Below are positions 38,198 to 47,038 of a stretch of 64,000 nt of DNA, one piece after another (within the stretch, counting starts at the first letter, position 1; each line of letters begins with the position of its first letter). The DNA comes from Nitrospirota bacterium (GTDB lineage: Bacteria; Nitrospirota; Thermodesulfovibrionia; Thermodesulfovibrionales; Dissulfurispiraceae). The position numbers were made by a program, and so were the translations under genes. The notes below the pieces were generated by a model. The model was not told the origin of the DNA, did not search any database, and saw only the letters and a list, made by a program, of their open reading frames with translations. The DNA is taken from contig JAJYVD010000002.1 in the NCBI GenBank assembly GCA_021792185.1, forward strand, positions 14,759 to 78,758. The letters run 5' to 3'.

Positions 38198-39319
38198 ATG
38201 GATACCGTCGAAAAACTCAAAATACTTTCCAATGACTCGCAGTACGACCTTGCATGCGCGTGCGGCACAAACAAGGACGATCGCAGAATGAGGGGGCTCG
38301 ACGGCAAGTGGCTCTATCCTGTTACGCTTCCGAACGGAGGATACACCATCCTCCTGAAAACCCTTCTCTCAAATGCATGCGCGAATGATTGCAAATATTG
38401 TCCCCTGCGCTCGGAGACGGATGTGCGGCGCTGCACGCTCCAGCCGGAAGAGACGGCAAATATTTTTATGGAATATTTGCGAAAGAAAAAGGTCTTCGGC
38501 CTTTTTCTGAGTTCGGGAGTTATAGGCACGCCGGATCATACTATGGACAGGATCAACGCGGTTGCCCGCATTTTGAGATACAAGCATAAATTCAAAGGCT
38601 ACATCCATCTAAAGGCCATTCCCGGCGCATCAGATGCCGCGATCGAAGATGCCTTTTCGCTTGCGAGCGCTGTTTCATTGAATATCGAGACGCCGGGCAA
38701 AAATCGTTTTGATCTGCTTTCAGGCAAAAAGAATTATGAGCGGGACATCATTCGCCCGCTGAAGCTTATGTCGGAGCTTTCACGAAAGAAAGAGCGGTTT
38801 TCAAAGGTCAAATGCACCACGCAGTTCATTGTCGGAGCATCGGACGAGACGGATTCTGAAATAGTAAAATACATGTTCGGCATTTATAAAAAACTGAAAT
38901 TCCAGCGGGTCTATTTCTCGGCATATCAAAAAGGGCTCGGAAATCCCTATATCCCCGGCGAGCGCGGGATTACCGACAATCCGGAGCAGACATTTATGAG
39001 AGAGCACAGATTATATCAGGCGGATTTCCTTGTCCGGAGATACGGTTTTAATGCCGATGACATTATCCTCGACAGGACAGGCAATTTGAGACTGGACAAA
39101 GACCCGAAGCAGGTGTGGGCTGACAGCCATCCGGAATTTTATCCTGTAAGGATCAACATGGCCGACAAAGAGGCGCTCCTCAGGGTTCCGGGAATCGGGC
39201 CTGATTCTGTATCTAAGATTTTGAAGTTTAGGCGAGAGAAGAAAATCACCCGCATTGAGGATCTCGGCATTAAGGGCAAAAGGCTTGAAAAGGCAAAGCA
39301 ATATATGATTTGCGAATAA
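38198..39319 (+). CDS. putative DNA modification/repair radical SAM protein with C-terminal HhH
   Basis: CxxxCxxC cluster (CANDCKYC), a TIM-barrel-like middle, and a C-terminal helix-hairpin-helix (LLRVPGIGPDSVSKIL). Confidence 0.7.
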   Translation: MDTVEKLKILSNDSQYDLACACGTNKDDRRMRGLDGKWLYPVTLPNGGYTILLKTLLSNACANDCKYCPLRSETDVRRCTLQPEETANIFMEYLRKKKVFGLFLSSGVIGTPDHTMDRINAVARILRYKHKFKGYIHLKAIPGASDAAIEDAFSLASAVSLNIETPGKNRFDLLSGKKNYERDIIRPLKLMSELSRKKERFSKVKCTTQFIVGASDETDSEIVKYMFGIYKKLKFQRVYFSAYQKGLGNPYIPGERGITDNPEQTFMREHRLYQADFLVRRYGFNADDIILDRTGNLRLDKDPKQVWADSHPEFYPVRINMADKEALLRVPGIGPDSVSKILKFRREKKITRIEDLGIKGKRLEKAKQYMICE

Positions 39320-39324
39320 TATCG

Positions 39325-40929
39325 TTAAAACAGTCCTATCTGTTTCTTTTTGTCTTTTATCATCCTGTCAGAAACGACCATGCTATGAACTAAGTCCTTT
39401 GGAATTTCTTTCAGGAACGGCGATGCCGGTTGATTTAGTTTTTGTCCGTATAAGAACCTGCTTCTCGAATGCAAGAGGAAAAGCTCGTCCTTAGCCCTTG
39501 TCATGCCAACATAAAAGAGCCTTCTTTCTTCCTCTATGTCGGCACTGTCTTTGTTGAGCGTATAAGGGATTAAACCGTCCTCTGCCCCTGCAATGAATAC
39601 GACCCTGAACTCAAGCCCCTTTGCCATGTGCATCGTCATCAGTGTAACGGTATTTGCCTTTGGATCGAAGAGATCGTCGTCGCTTAGCAGGGTTTCTTCC
39701 AATGATGCGCTTTGCTCTTTTCCCGCCTCGCCGGATGGATCAATAATGCTTTTCATATACGAAATCGTGTCTTCTATCTCTTTTCTCTGGCGCAGGTTTT
39801 TCCTGCCTATAACCTGATAAGGAATTCCTGATTCCATAAAAACCTCTTCGACGGCGTTTGCCTGCGCGTTTGTCCTGAAGATGACCGCAAAATCCGAAAA
39901 ACCGTAAGAGCCTTCGCATACCGTACTTGCCCCCTTCGCATACAAATTATAATGGCTCGTGCAGCCCATCCGGGCATCTATTTCCTTAACGATGATCTCC
40001 CCTTCCGCCCTTTCATCCGGCACGGATACTATGTTTATCGAATTTCCCGAATTTTTTGCGGGAGTGAGGTTTTTCTCTATTCTTTTTAGATTGTTTTTTA
40101 TCATGGAGCCGGATGCGTTCAATATTGCTCCGGTTGAGCGATAGTTCTGTGTAAGGGCTATTGTTTTAGCGCCTTTGAAGTCTTTCTCAAAATTCAGGAA
40201 GTTCTCAATGTCCGCACCCCTGAACGCGTATATAGCCTGATCCGAATCTCCTACGGCGCAGACATAAGCCTTATCCCCGGCCAAAAGTTTTAACAATCTG
40301 TATTGCGCCGGGTTAATGTCCTGATATTCGTCAACGATGATATGACTGAACATATCCTGATATTGTTTAAGGACGGCTTCATCCTGAAACATATCAATCG
40401 GTTTCAGAATAAGGTCGTCGAAATCGAGCGCGGATTTTGCCGCGAGGGCTGATTGATACGCCTCATAAACTGTATTAATTTCCGCATCCCTGTCTTCGAG
40501 AAAATTTTTGATTCTCGATATTCTTTCGGCTGCATCATGCGCCTTTGCTTTCGTCCCTTTCAGGATTTCTTTCAGGATATTCATCTGCCCGTCTCTGTCG
40601 CATATCACAAAATCATCCTGCATGAATTGCTTCAAAATTTTAAGGCCGAGGAGATGAAATGTGCCGATAAAGAGGTTATTTGAATGCCTGCCCAAAAATG
40701 ATTCTGTTCTCTCCTTCATCTCCCTTGCAGCGCGGTTGGTGAATGTAACCGCAAGTATCTTTTCGGGACTTACGCCCTGATTGACGAGATGCGCGATCCT
40801 TCGGACAATGGTTAATGTCTTGCCTGTGCCCGGACCAGCGACTATAAGCAGGTGTCCGTCTGTGGCGGTTACAGCCTGCTTCTGCGATTCGTTTAGTCCG
40901 TCAAGGAAAGAAGAGTCAGGGTGTTTCAT
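39325..40929 (-). CDS. compact UvrD/Rep/PcrA-family helicase
   Basis: 534 aa with AGPGTGKT, DEYQD, TQNYRS, TMHMAKGLEF and VGMTRAK motifs. Confidence 0.8.
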   Translation of the reverse strand: MKHPDSSFLDGLNESQKQAVTATDGHLLIVAGPGTGKTLTIVRRIAHLVNQGVSPEKILAVTFTNRAAREMKERTESFLGRHSNNLFIGTFHLLGLKILKQFMQDDFVICDRDGQMNILKEILKGTKAKAHDAAERISRIKNFLEDRDAEINTVYEAYQSALAAKSALDFDDLILKPIDMFQDEAVLKQYQDMFSHIIVDEYQDINPAQYRLLKLLAGDKAYVCAVGDSDQAIYAFRGADIENFLNFEKDFKGAKTIALTQNYRSTGAILNASGSMIKNNLKRIEKNLTPAKNSGNSINIVSVPDERAEGEIIVKEIDARMGCTSHYNLYAKGASTVCEGSYGFSDFAVIFRTNAQANAVEEVFMESGIPYQVIGRKNLRQRKEIEDTISYMKSIIDPSGEAGKEQSASLEETLLSDDDLFDPKANTVTLMTMHMAKGLEFRVVFIAGAEDGLIPYTLNKDSADIEEERRLFYVGMTRAKDELFLLHSRSRFLYGQKLNQPASPFLKEIPKDLVHSMVVSDRMIKDKKKQIGLF

Positions 40930-41590
40930 TTATAATGATTTCTTTGATGCGGGCTTTAAAAAATCTTTCGATATCTTCTCTCGTTACAGAAATCCTTAAC
41001 GGCAGATTTTCAACTCCATCCGGTATCTGCAATAGCCTGCTCTTCAAAATATGCCTTATCCCTTTGACTTCGCACTTCTGTTCTGCAAGCGCGAACATCT
41101 CATTTATATTAAGGCCGGAAGAGGTTAAGGCACAATAAACATCAATATAGTCCTTTGCGTCAGACCTGTCCGCCATAGCGCAGAGTTTATTCACCGTGAG
41201 ATCAAGAAATCCGTCAACATGCAGTCCGTCAATCGTGACAGCAGCTTCAATATTCCTGAGCGGATAATAAGTGAATTCGGTCTTTAAGGCTGTGCCGTCT
41301 TTCAGTTTGAGATTGAAAATGTTTCTGTCAAAAAGCCTTGTGTGACTGATGGCATCGACAAAACTCAGTGACTTCAGAAACTCCTCCGGCAGGTAAAATG
41401 GGATCTTATCATGCGAGAAAAAATCGAGGTCTTCAGAGAACCTGTGCTCCAGATAAAACGCGCTCAAGGCTGTGCCACCCGTGAGTCTGAAGACATTGCC
41501 CATGTCGGATTTAACGAACCCCTCAAGCAAGGAGATCTGTGCTAACGTGAGTATGGAGTTATTTCGTATGCCCTTTAACGGCTTTCTCAT
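40916..41590 (-). CDS. AbiEii/AbiGii-family nucleotidyltransferase toxin
   Basis: GGTALSAFYLEHRFSEDLDFF motif, 224 aa. Overlaps both neighbouring ORFs. Confidence 0.75.
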   Translation of the reverse strand: MRKPLKGIRNNSILTLAQISLLEGFVKSDMGNVFRLTGGTALSAFYLEHRFSEDLDFFSHDKIPFYLPEEFLKSLSFVDAISHTRLFDRNIFNLKLKDGTALKTEFTYYPLRNIEAAVTIDGLHVDGFLDLTVNKLCAMADRSDAKDYIDVYCALTSSGLNINEMFALAEQKCEVKGIRHILKSRLLQIPDGVENLPLRISVTREDIERFFKARIKEIIINETP

Positions 41591-41819
41591 CCCATACCTC
41601 TTTGTAGAGGGCTATAAGTTTATATTTCCCTTGTTCCAGTTTGAGCTTGTCCCTGTATTCAAAAAGGAGTTCGACCGTCTCTCTCTCCGTCCCGTATTGC
41701 GGGAAAAAATCAGCAATACGCTGGAGCCTCCACAGAATGTCATCCGGCGGCTCCTTATAGTCCCATAGGAGTTCGGGAGGGATATGAATGTCTTTATTTG
41801 GGTTTAATGTCTGTGTCAT
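41559..41819 (-). CDS. small protein, putative cognate antitoxin of the AbiEii-like toxin
   Basis: 86 aa from ATG 41819. Overlaps the toxin gene by 32 nt. No family recognised with confidence. Confidence 0.4.
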   Translation of the reverse strand: MTQTLNPNKDIHIPPELLWDYKEPPDDILWRLQRIADFFPQYGTERETVELLFEYRDKLKLEQGKYKLIALYKEVWDEKAVKGHTK

Positions 41820-41881
41820 AATGCCGCCTCTATTAATTTTATCATATACGCTCAAATTTGGAGGGAATAATTATGAGAGCT

Positions 41882-43444
41882 CTACTCAACCGCCTTTATC
41901 TCGAGTATCCTCTCTATATGAAATACCCGATTGTCCTTCCGCGAGGTGCAGAACGCCTGAACTCCCGTGAATTTTCTTCCGTTGTATTCAAGCTCTCCAA
42001 CGAATGAGGGCAGAATTGTCCTTCGTGATTTCTCGTCCTTTGTCTTTAGATAAACAATTTCAAGCGGCCTTTTATCCCTTATGGCCTGGGCTATTATGGA
42101 AAGCTTTTCATCAACCGACAGGTTCTTGTGCGCCTGTTTATACTGGTATTTCGTAACAAAATCCACGACACGCCAGTCCATAAATATATGTCTTTGGGCA
42201 ATCGGTTTTTTTAGGACAATTCCTTCAAGGGTAGTGCAGCGGCTGAGGGCTACATAAATCTGGCCGTGAGAGAATGTCCCTCTGCCTATATCTATTATCA
42301 CCTTTTCAAATGTCATGCCCTGTCCCTTGTGTATGGTTACCGCCCACGCGAGTTTGAGAGGATATTGAGTGAATGTGCCGACAACATCGGATATGACCGC
42401 GCCTGCCTTTTTGTCGTAATGGAATTCATACATCCCCCATGTATAAGGCTCGACATCTACGGTTTCTCCGTCCTGAAGCTTTATGCGGATAATATCAGAC
42501 TCGTCCTTGTTCTTTTTGATGCCCGTAATCCTGCCGATGCTCCCGTTTATCCACCGCCCCATAGAGTCGTTATTCAGGAGCATCACCTGCGCTCCGCTTT
42601 TAATCGTTAGGTCAAGGCCTGTGGGCAGGTCTTTTGCATTAAAGTCCCCCGCGACCAGGCCGTGATAGCGGTATTCTTTACCTTTGAGATCGGCGAGCCG
42701 TCTTGTGTTAATGGAGTCGGCGAGGTCGTTTGTTGTTGTGAGATAAATATAAAAACCCTTGTCGTCATGGAAGTCCGGCATGCACCGCGCATTGATCTTG
42801 GAAATGTCCTCGTCTGTGGCAGTATTATTTCTGATAGCATTGAGGATGTTCAGAAATTTGTCATCCCTCTGGCGATAGACTTTTTCAAGCTCTATAAACT
42901 GCATATCAAAACCGCTGCCGAAAAGCATAGCATCAAAGAAATACGGACTCTTGTAAAGGGTTTCGAACAGAGCCTTATCCCGCGATGTCACAACAGGAGG
43001 CAACTGGTAAAGGTCTCCGATAAAGATTATCTGAAGGCCGCCGAAAGGCTGGCTCTTGCTCTTTCCGTGAATGCGGAGGAAGCCGTCTATGCAGTCCATG
43101 AGGTCGGCGCGCACCATCGAGACCTCGTCAATCACAATAGCGTCGAGCTTTTTATAAATGGACTTTTCTTTCGGGCGCATCCCCTTCACTATATCAGGAG
43201 TAATATCCGGTTTGAAGCCGAAGAATGAATGGATGGTCTGGCCCTTCACATTTACCGCTGCAACGCCTGTGGGCGCAAGCACCGCGATGTTTTTTTTCGT
43301 AGTATTCCTGAAATGCTGAAGGAGCGTTGACTTGCCTGTGCCTGCCCTGCCGGTAATGAAGGCATTTTTATCTGTCTCCTCCATTACATTAAGGGCATTG
43401 AGGAATTGGGGGTTAAGGTCGAGGGATATGTCAGCCGATTTCAT
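41882..43444 (-). CDS. Pif1/RecD-like SF1 helicase with C-terminal WYL-like domain
   Basis: GRAGTGKST, LAPTGVAA, DEVSMV, GDLYQLPPV, TIHKGQGMTF and YVALSRC motifs. The C-terminal ~70 aa (RPLEIVYLK...RVFHIERIL) resemble a WYL domain. Confidence 0.7.
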   Translation of the reverse strand: MKSADISLDLNPQFLNALNVMEETDKNAFITGRAGTGKSTLLQHFRNTTKKNIAVLAPTGVAAVNVKGQTIHSFFGFKPDITPDIVKGMRPKEKSIYKKLDAIVIDEVSMVRADLMDCIDGFLRIHGKSKSQPFGGLQIIFIGDLYQLPPVVTSRDKALFETLYKSPYFFDAMLFGSGFDMQFIELEKVYRQRDDKFLNILNAIRNNTATDEDISKINARCMPDFHDDKGFYIYLTTTNDLADSINTRRLADLKGKEYRYHGLVAGDFNAKDLPTGLDLTIKSGAQVMLLNNDSMGRWINGSIGRITGIKKNKDESDIIRIKLQDGETVDVEPYTWGMYEFHYDKKAGAVISDVVGTFTQYPLKLAWAVTIHKGQGMTFEKVIIDIGRGTFSHGQIYVALSRCTTLEGIVLKKPIAQRHIFMDWRVVDFVTKYQYKQAHKNLSVDEKLSIIAQAIRDKRPLEIVYLKTKDEKSRRTILPSFVGELEYNGRKFTGVQAFCTSRKDNRVFHIERILEIKAVE

Positions 43445-43885
43445 TCGTTAATTCTATCATATGTTCTAAAGTTGGCGGAAATAATCACGAGAAAGTTATA
43501 AGAGGATGATTTTTGTTCCGATAAAAATTAGAGGCGGGTTGCAAGAAAAGTGTTGCGCAAGAAAGGATGGTGTGATATTCTTATTCAAGATAGGTTGTGA
43601 AATGCCGATAAAAAATTATTGACATAGACATTGACGATAGAATATGATACGGTTTTATAATATCGGGAATTGCGAAGAATTAGATGAGTGCCGGCGGCGC
43701 TGGCGTTGCGAAATTGTAAAAGTCAGAAATATAAAGGGGCAATGAATGGGGTAGCGGCAAAAAAACAGTCAACAAATTCCCGCCTATCAAAACCAATCCG
43801 CACCTCAACAATTTACAAACAAGAAGGACAGCATGGTTATGTTTTAACTATGCGCGAAATGAGATTTAGAGGAGAAAGGAGGTAG

Positions 43886-44074
43886 ATGATAATGAAAACA
43901 GTGGAAATCGATTCTTCTGTGGAAGATGAAGATGTGGCGGCAAAAGAAGAAAAAATGATAAGAACGTTGGTTCTTTTATTTGGCCTGTCAGAAGAAAAAG
44001 CCAGAGAATGGTTTAAGGATCTTGATGAAAGTTTAAGAAAAAAGAAGCGGAAATTCAGACGCCTTGCAGCTTAA
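43886..44074 (+). CDS. hypothetical small acidic/basic protein
   Basis: 62-aa ORF with SD GGAGG and a terminator directly downstream. Confidence 0.35.
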   Translation: MIMKTVEIDSSVEDEDVAAKEEKMIRTLVLLFGLSEEKAREWFKDLDESLRKKKRKFRRLAA

Positions 44075-44078
44075 AATT

Positions 44079-44105
44079 GAAGACCCGTTAAGGGTCTTTT
44101 TTTTG
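44079..44105 (+). terminator. intrinsic terminator
   Basis: gaagaccc-gtta-agggtctt followed by tttttttt. Confidence 0.65.
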
Positions 44106-44118
44106 CGGGTTTAAAGCT

Positions 44119-44994
44119 ATGGCCAATAAAAAAATTACTGAGGAAGATTTACTTAAAACGGGTATTAAGATAATACGAGATATCCAGAAGGATATGTTAA
44201 CTTTACTTACCCACGATCGCTTATCTGCGCTTGAAATATATAAAAATAAATGGAAAAGCGAAGAAAATATTACTAGAGGAGTTGATGTCGCCGCAGAAAA
44301 TAGGTGTAAGGCAATTTTATATGGAAGATATGGCACTCAGATTTTTGTATTAGGAGAAGAAAGTCTAAGAGATGAAACAATAAATTTAACCCAAGAAAAT
44401 AGAATAGTTGCTTTATTAGACATGGTAGATGGAACTGATTTATTAAGTCGTGATTTACACAACTGGTGTTCGGCAATTCTTTTTTTTAATCCCAGCGAGA
44501 AGAAAATAATATCTAGTTTAGTAGGTGATCCTTTTGGACAAATTTATTATGCGACATATTCTAAAGAAGGAGCATATAAAATACCTTTTAATAAAGGAAA
44601 AGAGATACAAATTAAGTCGGTCCCCGTGGAAAAGATTGAAGAGGCTTATGTATGTTTTTATGGTCAAAAAAAGAAAAATCTTCTTTCAATCACTTCCAAA
44701 ACAAATTTTCTTAGTAGAATATATCGTATTTATAATCTTGGCGGCAACCCAATGATGGTTAAGGTAGCAGAAGGTGTAATGAATGCTGTTTTTGAATTAT
44801 GTGGTCAAAAGCCACATGATGTTATTCCCGGAGCTTTTATAGCTAAAAAAGCGGGAGCTTTTTTTGAAGGAATAGATGAAAAAATTATTTTAGAAGATAC
44901 CTTATTAACACCTTCTGCAAGCGAATTAAAATATATACTCGCCTGTTCAGAATCTTTATGGTATCAACTCAAACAATCTTTTACATCTCATTAA
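44119..44994 (+). CDS. inositol monophosphatase / CysQ-fold phosphatase-like protein
   Basis: 291 aa with GEES, LLDMVDGT (the DPxDGT equivalent) and a HDVIPGAFIAKKAG region, in the order of the IMPase fold. Markedly AT-rich. Confidence 0.55.
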   Translation: MANKKITEEDLLKTGIKIIRDIQKDMLTLLTHDRLSALEIYKNKWKSEENITRGVDVAAENRCKAILYGRYGTQIFVLGEESLRDETINLTQENRIVALLDMVDGTDLLSRDLHNWCSAILFFNPSEKKIISSLVGDPFGQIYYATYSKEGAYKIPFNKGKEIQIKSVPVEKIEEAYVCFYGQKKKNLLSITSKTNFLSRIYRIYNLGGNPMMVKVAEGVMNAVFELCGQKPHDVIPGAFIAKKAGAFFEGIDEKIILEDTLLTPSASELKYILACSESLWYQLKQSFTSH

Positions 44995-45154
44995 GATAAA
45001 TTTCGATCAATTGATGTTAATTTATTTTTGGTGAAAATAGCGACAGCGACCGTTAAAAGGCATGAACTGCTCCCGCGCCTCTGAATTTCACACGGTTTAC
45101 AAAATTACCGATAATTGCAATAATAAAATCATAGACTATTGAGGAGGTTGTAAA

Positions 45155-45373
45155 ATGCCGACAGACACAAAGCAGATATTAAAAGAGGCATTGGAATTGC
45201 CGGCCATTGAAAGGGCAAGTCTTGCGGATCATCTATTGTCCAGCCTTGATCAGCCTGATGAACGCATAGACGCTCTCTGGCGCAAAGAAGTTGAGGACAG
45301 GATCAATGCCTACCAGTCCGGTAAAATAAAAGCAGTCTCGCTTGAAGAAGTTCTATCGAAATACAAGAAATAA
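45155..45373 (+). CDS. addiction-module antitoxin
   Basis: 72 aa with ILKEALELP..ERA.LA..LL.SL and W..E...R, typical of the small 'putative addiction module component' family. Its stop overlaps the toxin start. Confidence 0.65.
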   Translation: MPTDTKQILKEALELPAIERASLADHLLSSLDQPDERIDALWRKEVEDRINAYQSGKIKAVSLEEVLSKYKK

Positions 45374-45663
45374 TGGAAACCCGATTTCTTGAGATAGCTC
45401 AGATCGAACTTGACGAAACTATCGAATATTACAATTCTGAATCTCCCGGACTGGGGGATTCGTTTTTGTTGGACGTGCTGACCACTATTGAACGGATCAG
45501 GCATTTTTCAAAGGCGTGGCATCCCTTCAGCAGCGTTACCCGTCGATGTCAATTGCGCCAGTTCCCCTACGGAATCATTTATCAGACGCTGGATACGGAA
45601 ATTCTTATCGTTGCAGTAGCCAACTTGCATAGAAAACCGGACTATTGGCAGGACAGGATATGA
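45373..45663 (+). CDS. RelE/ParE family toxin
   Basis: 96 aa. Size, position and the C-terminal motif (FPYGIIYQ....ILIVAVANLHRKPDYW) fit RelE/ParE. Confidence 0.7.
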   Translation: METRFLEIAQIELDETIEYYNSESPGLGDSFLLDVLTTIERIRHFSKAWHPFSSVTRRCQLRQFPYGIIYQTLDTEILIVAVANLHRKPDYWQDRI

Positions 45664-45698
45664 AAATTTATAGCTATAGAATTGCTTTGGCTGTTGGA

Positions 45699-46970
45699 TC
45701 AAAACAACATTGACTGTCCTTTGATCTCTTTTCTCTCGACCGCCTCGAATATCTTTATCTTTCCATATTCGCCGTCATATCCGGGCGCGATATGCACCTT
45801 GCCCTCGCGCATGCGGGATATAGCCTCTTTCATAAGCGCGGAGCTTGCGTGGCCTATATCTTTAAGCGGCACGTCCATGAGTATCTTGAATTCATTGCCG
45901 AGTTTTTGAAGAAGATTTTGATATTCCTTGTCCACAGCCTTGCTGGTTGGCCCTACCTTTAAGACCTCCGCGATTATTTCAGGCAAAGGGATTATAGAAT
46001 GAAAAGATGGAGAGCCCTTCGGCTTAAACCCTTCATTCCTGTCAGCGAGCTTTTCAACTCTGTGCATAACGCCGACTGTAACCCTCTTGCCGCAAACAGG
46101 GCAGAGATAGTTATGTTTTAAGGTCTCTTTTGGCGTTAGGCTTATGCCGCATGTCCTGTGGCCGTCATAATGATACTTGCCTTCTTCTGGAAAAAATTCT
46201 ACGGTTCCGACAAATCCTTTCTTAGTTTTGATAGAGTCCATCATCGCATGGTATGAAATATCGGTGTCGAATATATTCGCCTCGCGGCCTATCTTGGCAG
46301 GAGAGTGCGCGTCCGAATTTGAGATCAGGGTTATTTTATCCAGTGCCGAAAGCCTCCAGTTCATGAGTGGGTCTGATGATAATCCTGTCTCTATCGCATA
46401 GATATGCGGTGTCAAATCTTCAAAGCACTCTTCAAAGGAATCGAAACCCGACACCGCTCCGAATATCGAAAAGTGAGGCGTCCACGCGTGGGCAGGCACG
46501 AGCATGCCGTCGGGCGCTTCATTCAGAACAATCTTTAAAAGCTCTTTTGCGTCGAGGCCGAGTATAGGCCTTCCGTCGGCATTGAGATTTCCTATCTTCG
46601 CAAGGGCTATGTTTATCTTTGCGGCGTCTGCAAAGTCGGGCACGAACAAAATCGAGTGTATCTTTCTTGTCTTTCCGTTTTTGCTGTAAATACAGCTTAT
46701 CTCGGCGGTGAGAAGGAAAGAGACATCGGCTCTGCACGATTCGGGAATGTCGTCTGTCGTGAACTCTTTCTTTAATTTGAACAGCCCGTTGCCTGAAGGC
46801 TGGAGCTTTTCATTGAGCTCTTTAAACCATTTAGGATGCGTGAAGTCTCCTGTGCCGATTACTGAAATACCTTTGATCTGCGCCCATTTCCATATGCTTT
46901 CCGGCGACATGTCCTTGCTGGTTGCCCGCGAATATTTTGAATGGATGTGGAGGTCTGCAATAAAACGCAT
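45699..46970 (-). CDS. PHP-domain endonuclease Q-like protein
   Basis: N-terminus MRFIADLHIHSKYSRATS (PHP), a zinc finger CPVCGKRVTVGVMHRV, and ~420 aa as in EndoQ. Confidence 0.65.
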   Translation of the reverse strand: MRFIADLHIHSKYSRATSKDMSPESIWKWAQIKGISVIGTGDFTHPKWFKELNEKLQPSGNGLFKLKKEFTTDDIPESCRADVSFLLTAEISCIYSKNGKTRKIHSILFVPDFADAAKINIALAKIGNLNADGRPILGLDAKELLKIVLNEAPDGMLVPAHAWTPHFSIFGAVSGFDSFEECFEDLTPHIYAIETGLSSDPLMNWRLSALDKITLISNSDAHSPAKIGREANIFDTDISYHAMMDSIKTKKGFVGTVEFFPEEGKYHYDGHRTCGISLTPKETLKHNYLCPVCGKRVTVGVMHRVEKLADRNEGFKPKGSPSFHSIIPLPEIIAEVLKVGPTSKAVDKEYQNLLQKLGNEFKILMDVPLKDIGHASSALMKEAISRMREGKVHIAPGYDGEYGKIKIFEAVERKEIKGQSMLF

Positions 46971-46995
46971 TAGGGATTATAACAGAACTAAAAAA

Positions 46996-47027
46996 CAAAA
47001 AGCCCCGATTTTCATCGGGGCTTTTTT
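46996..47027. terminator. bidirectional intrinsic terminator
   Basis: aaaaagccccgat-tttc-atcggggcttttt. Confidence 0.7.
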
Positions 47028-47038
47028 GAAATCAGGTT

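Noticed and set aside
43688-43885. 65-aa ORF in the long intergenic region
   Set aside because: It has no SD and a basic, low-complexity composition, and it ends exactly at the next gene's SD. It is treated as non-coding.
34760-47030. Prophage or integrative element spanning the TA/defence-rich region
   Set aside because: No integrase, transposase, or capsid, terminase or tail-like genes were recognisable, and no flanking direct repeats were found by eye. It is described only as an accessory island.
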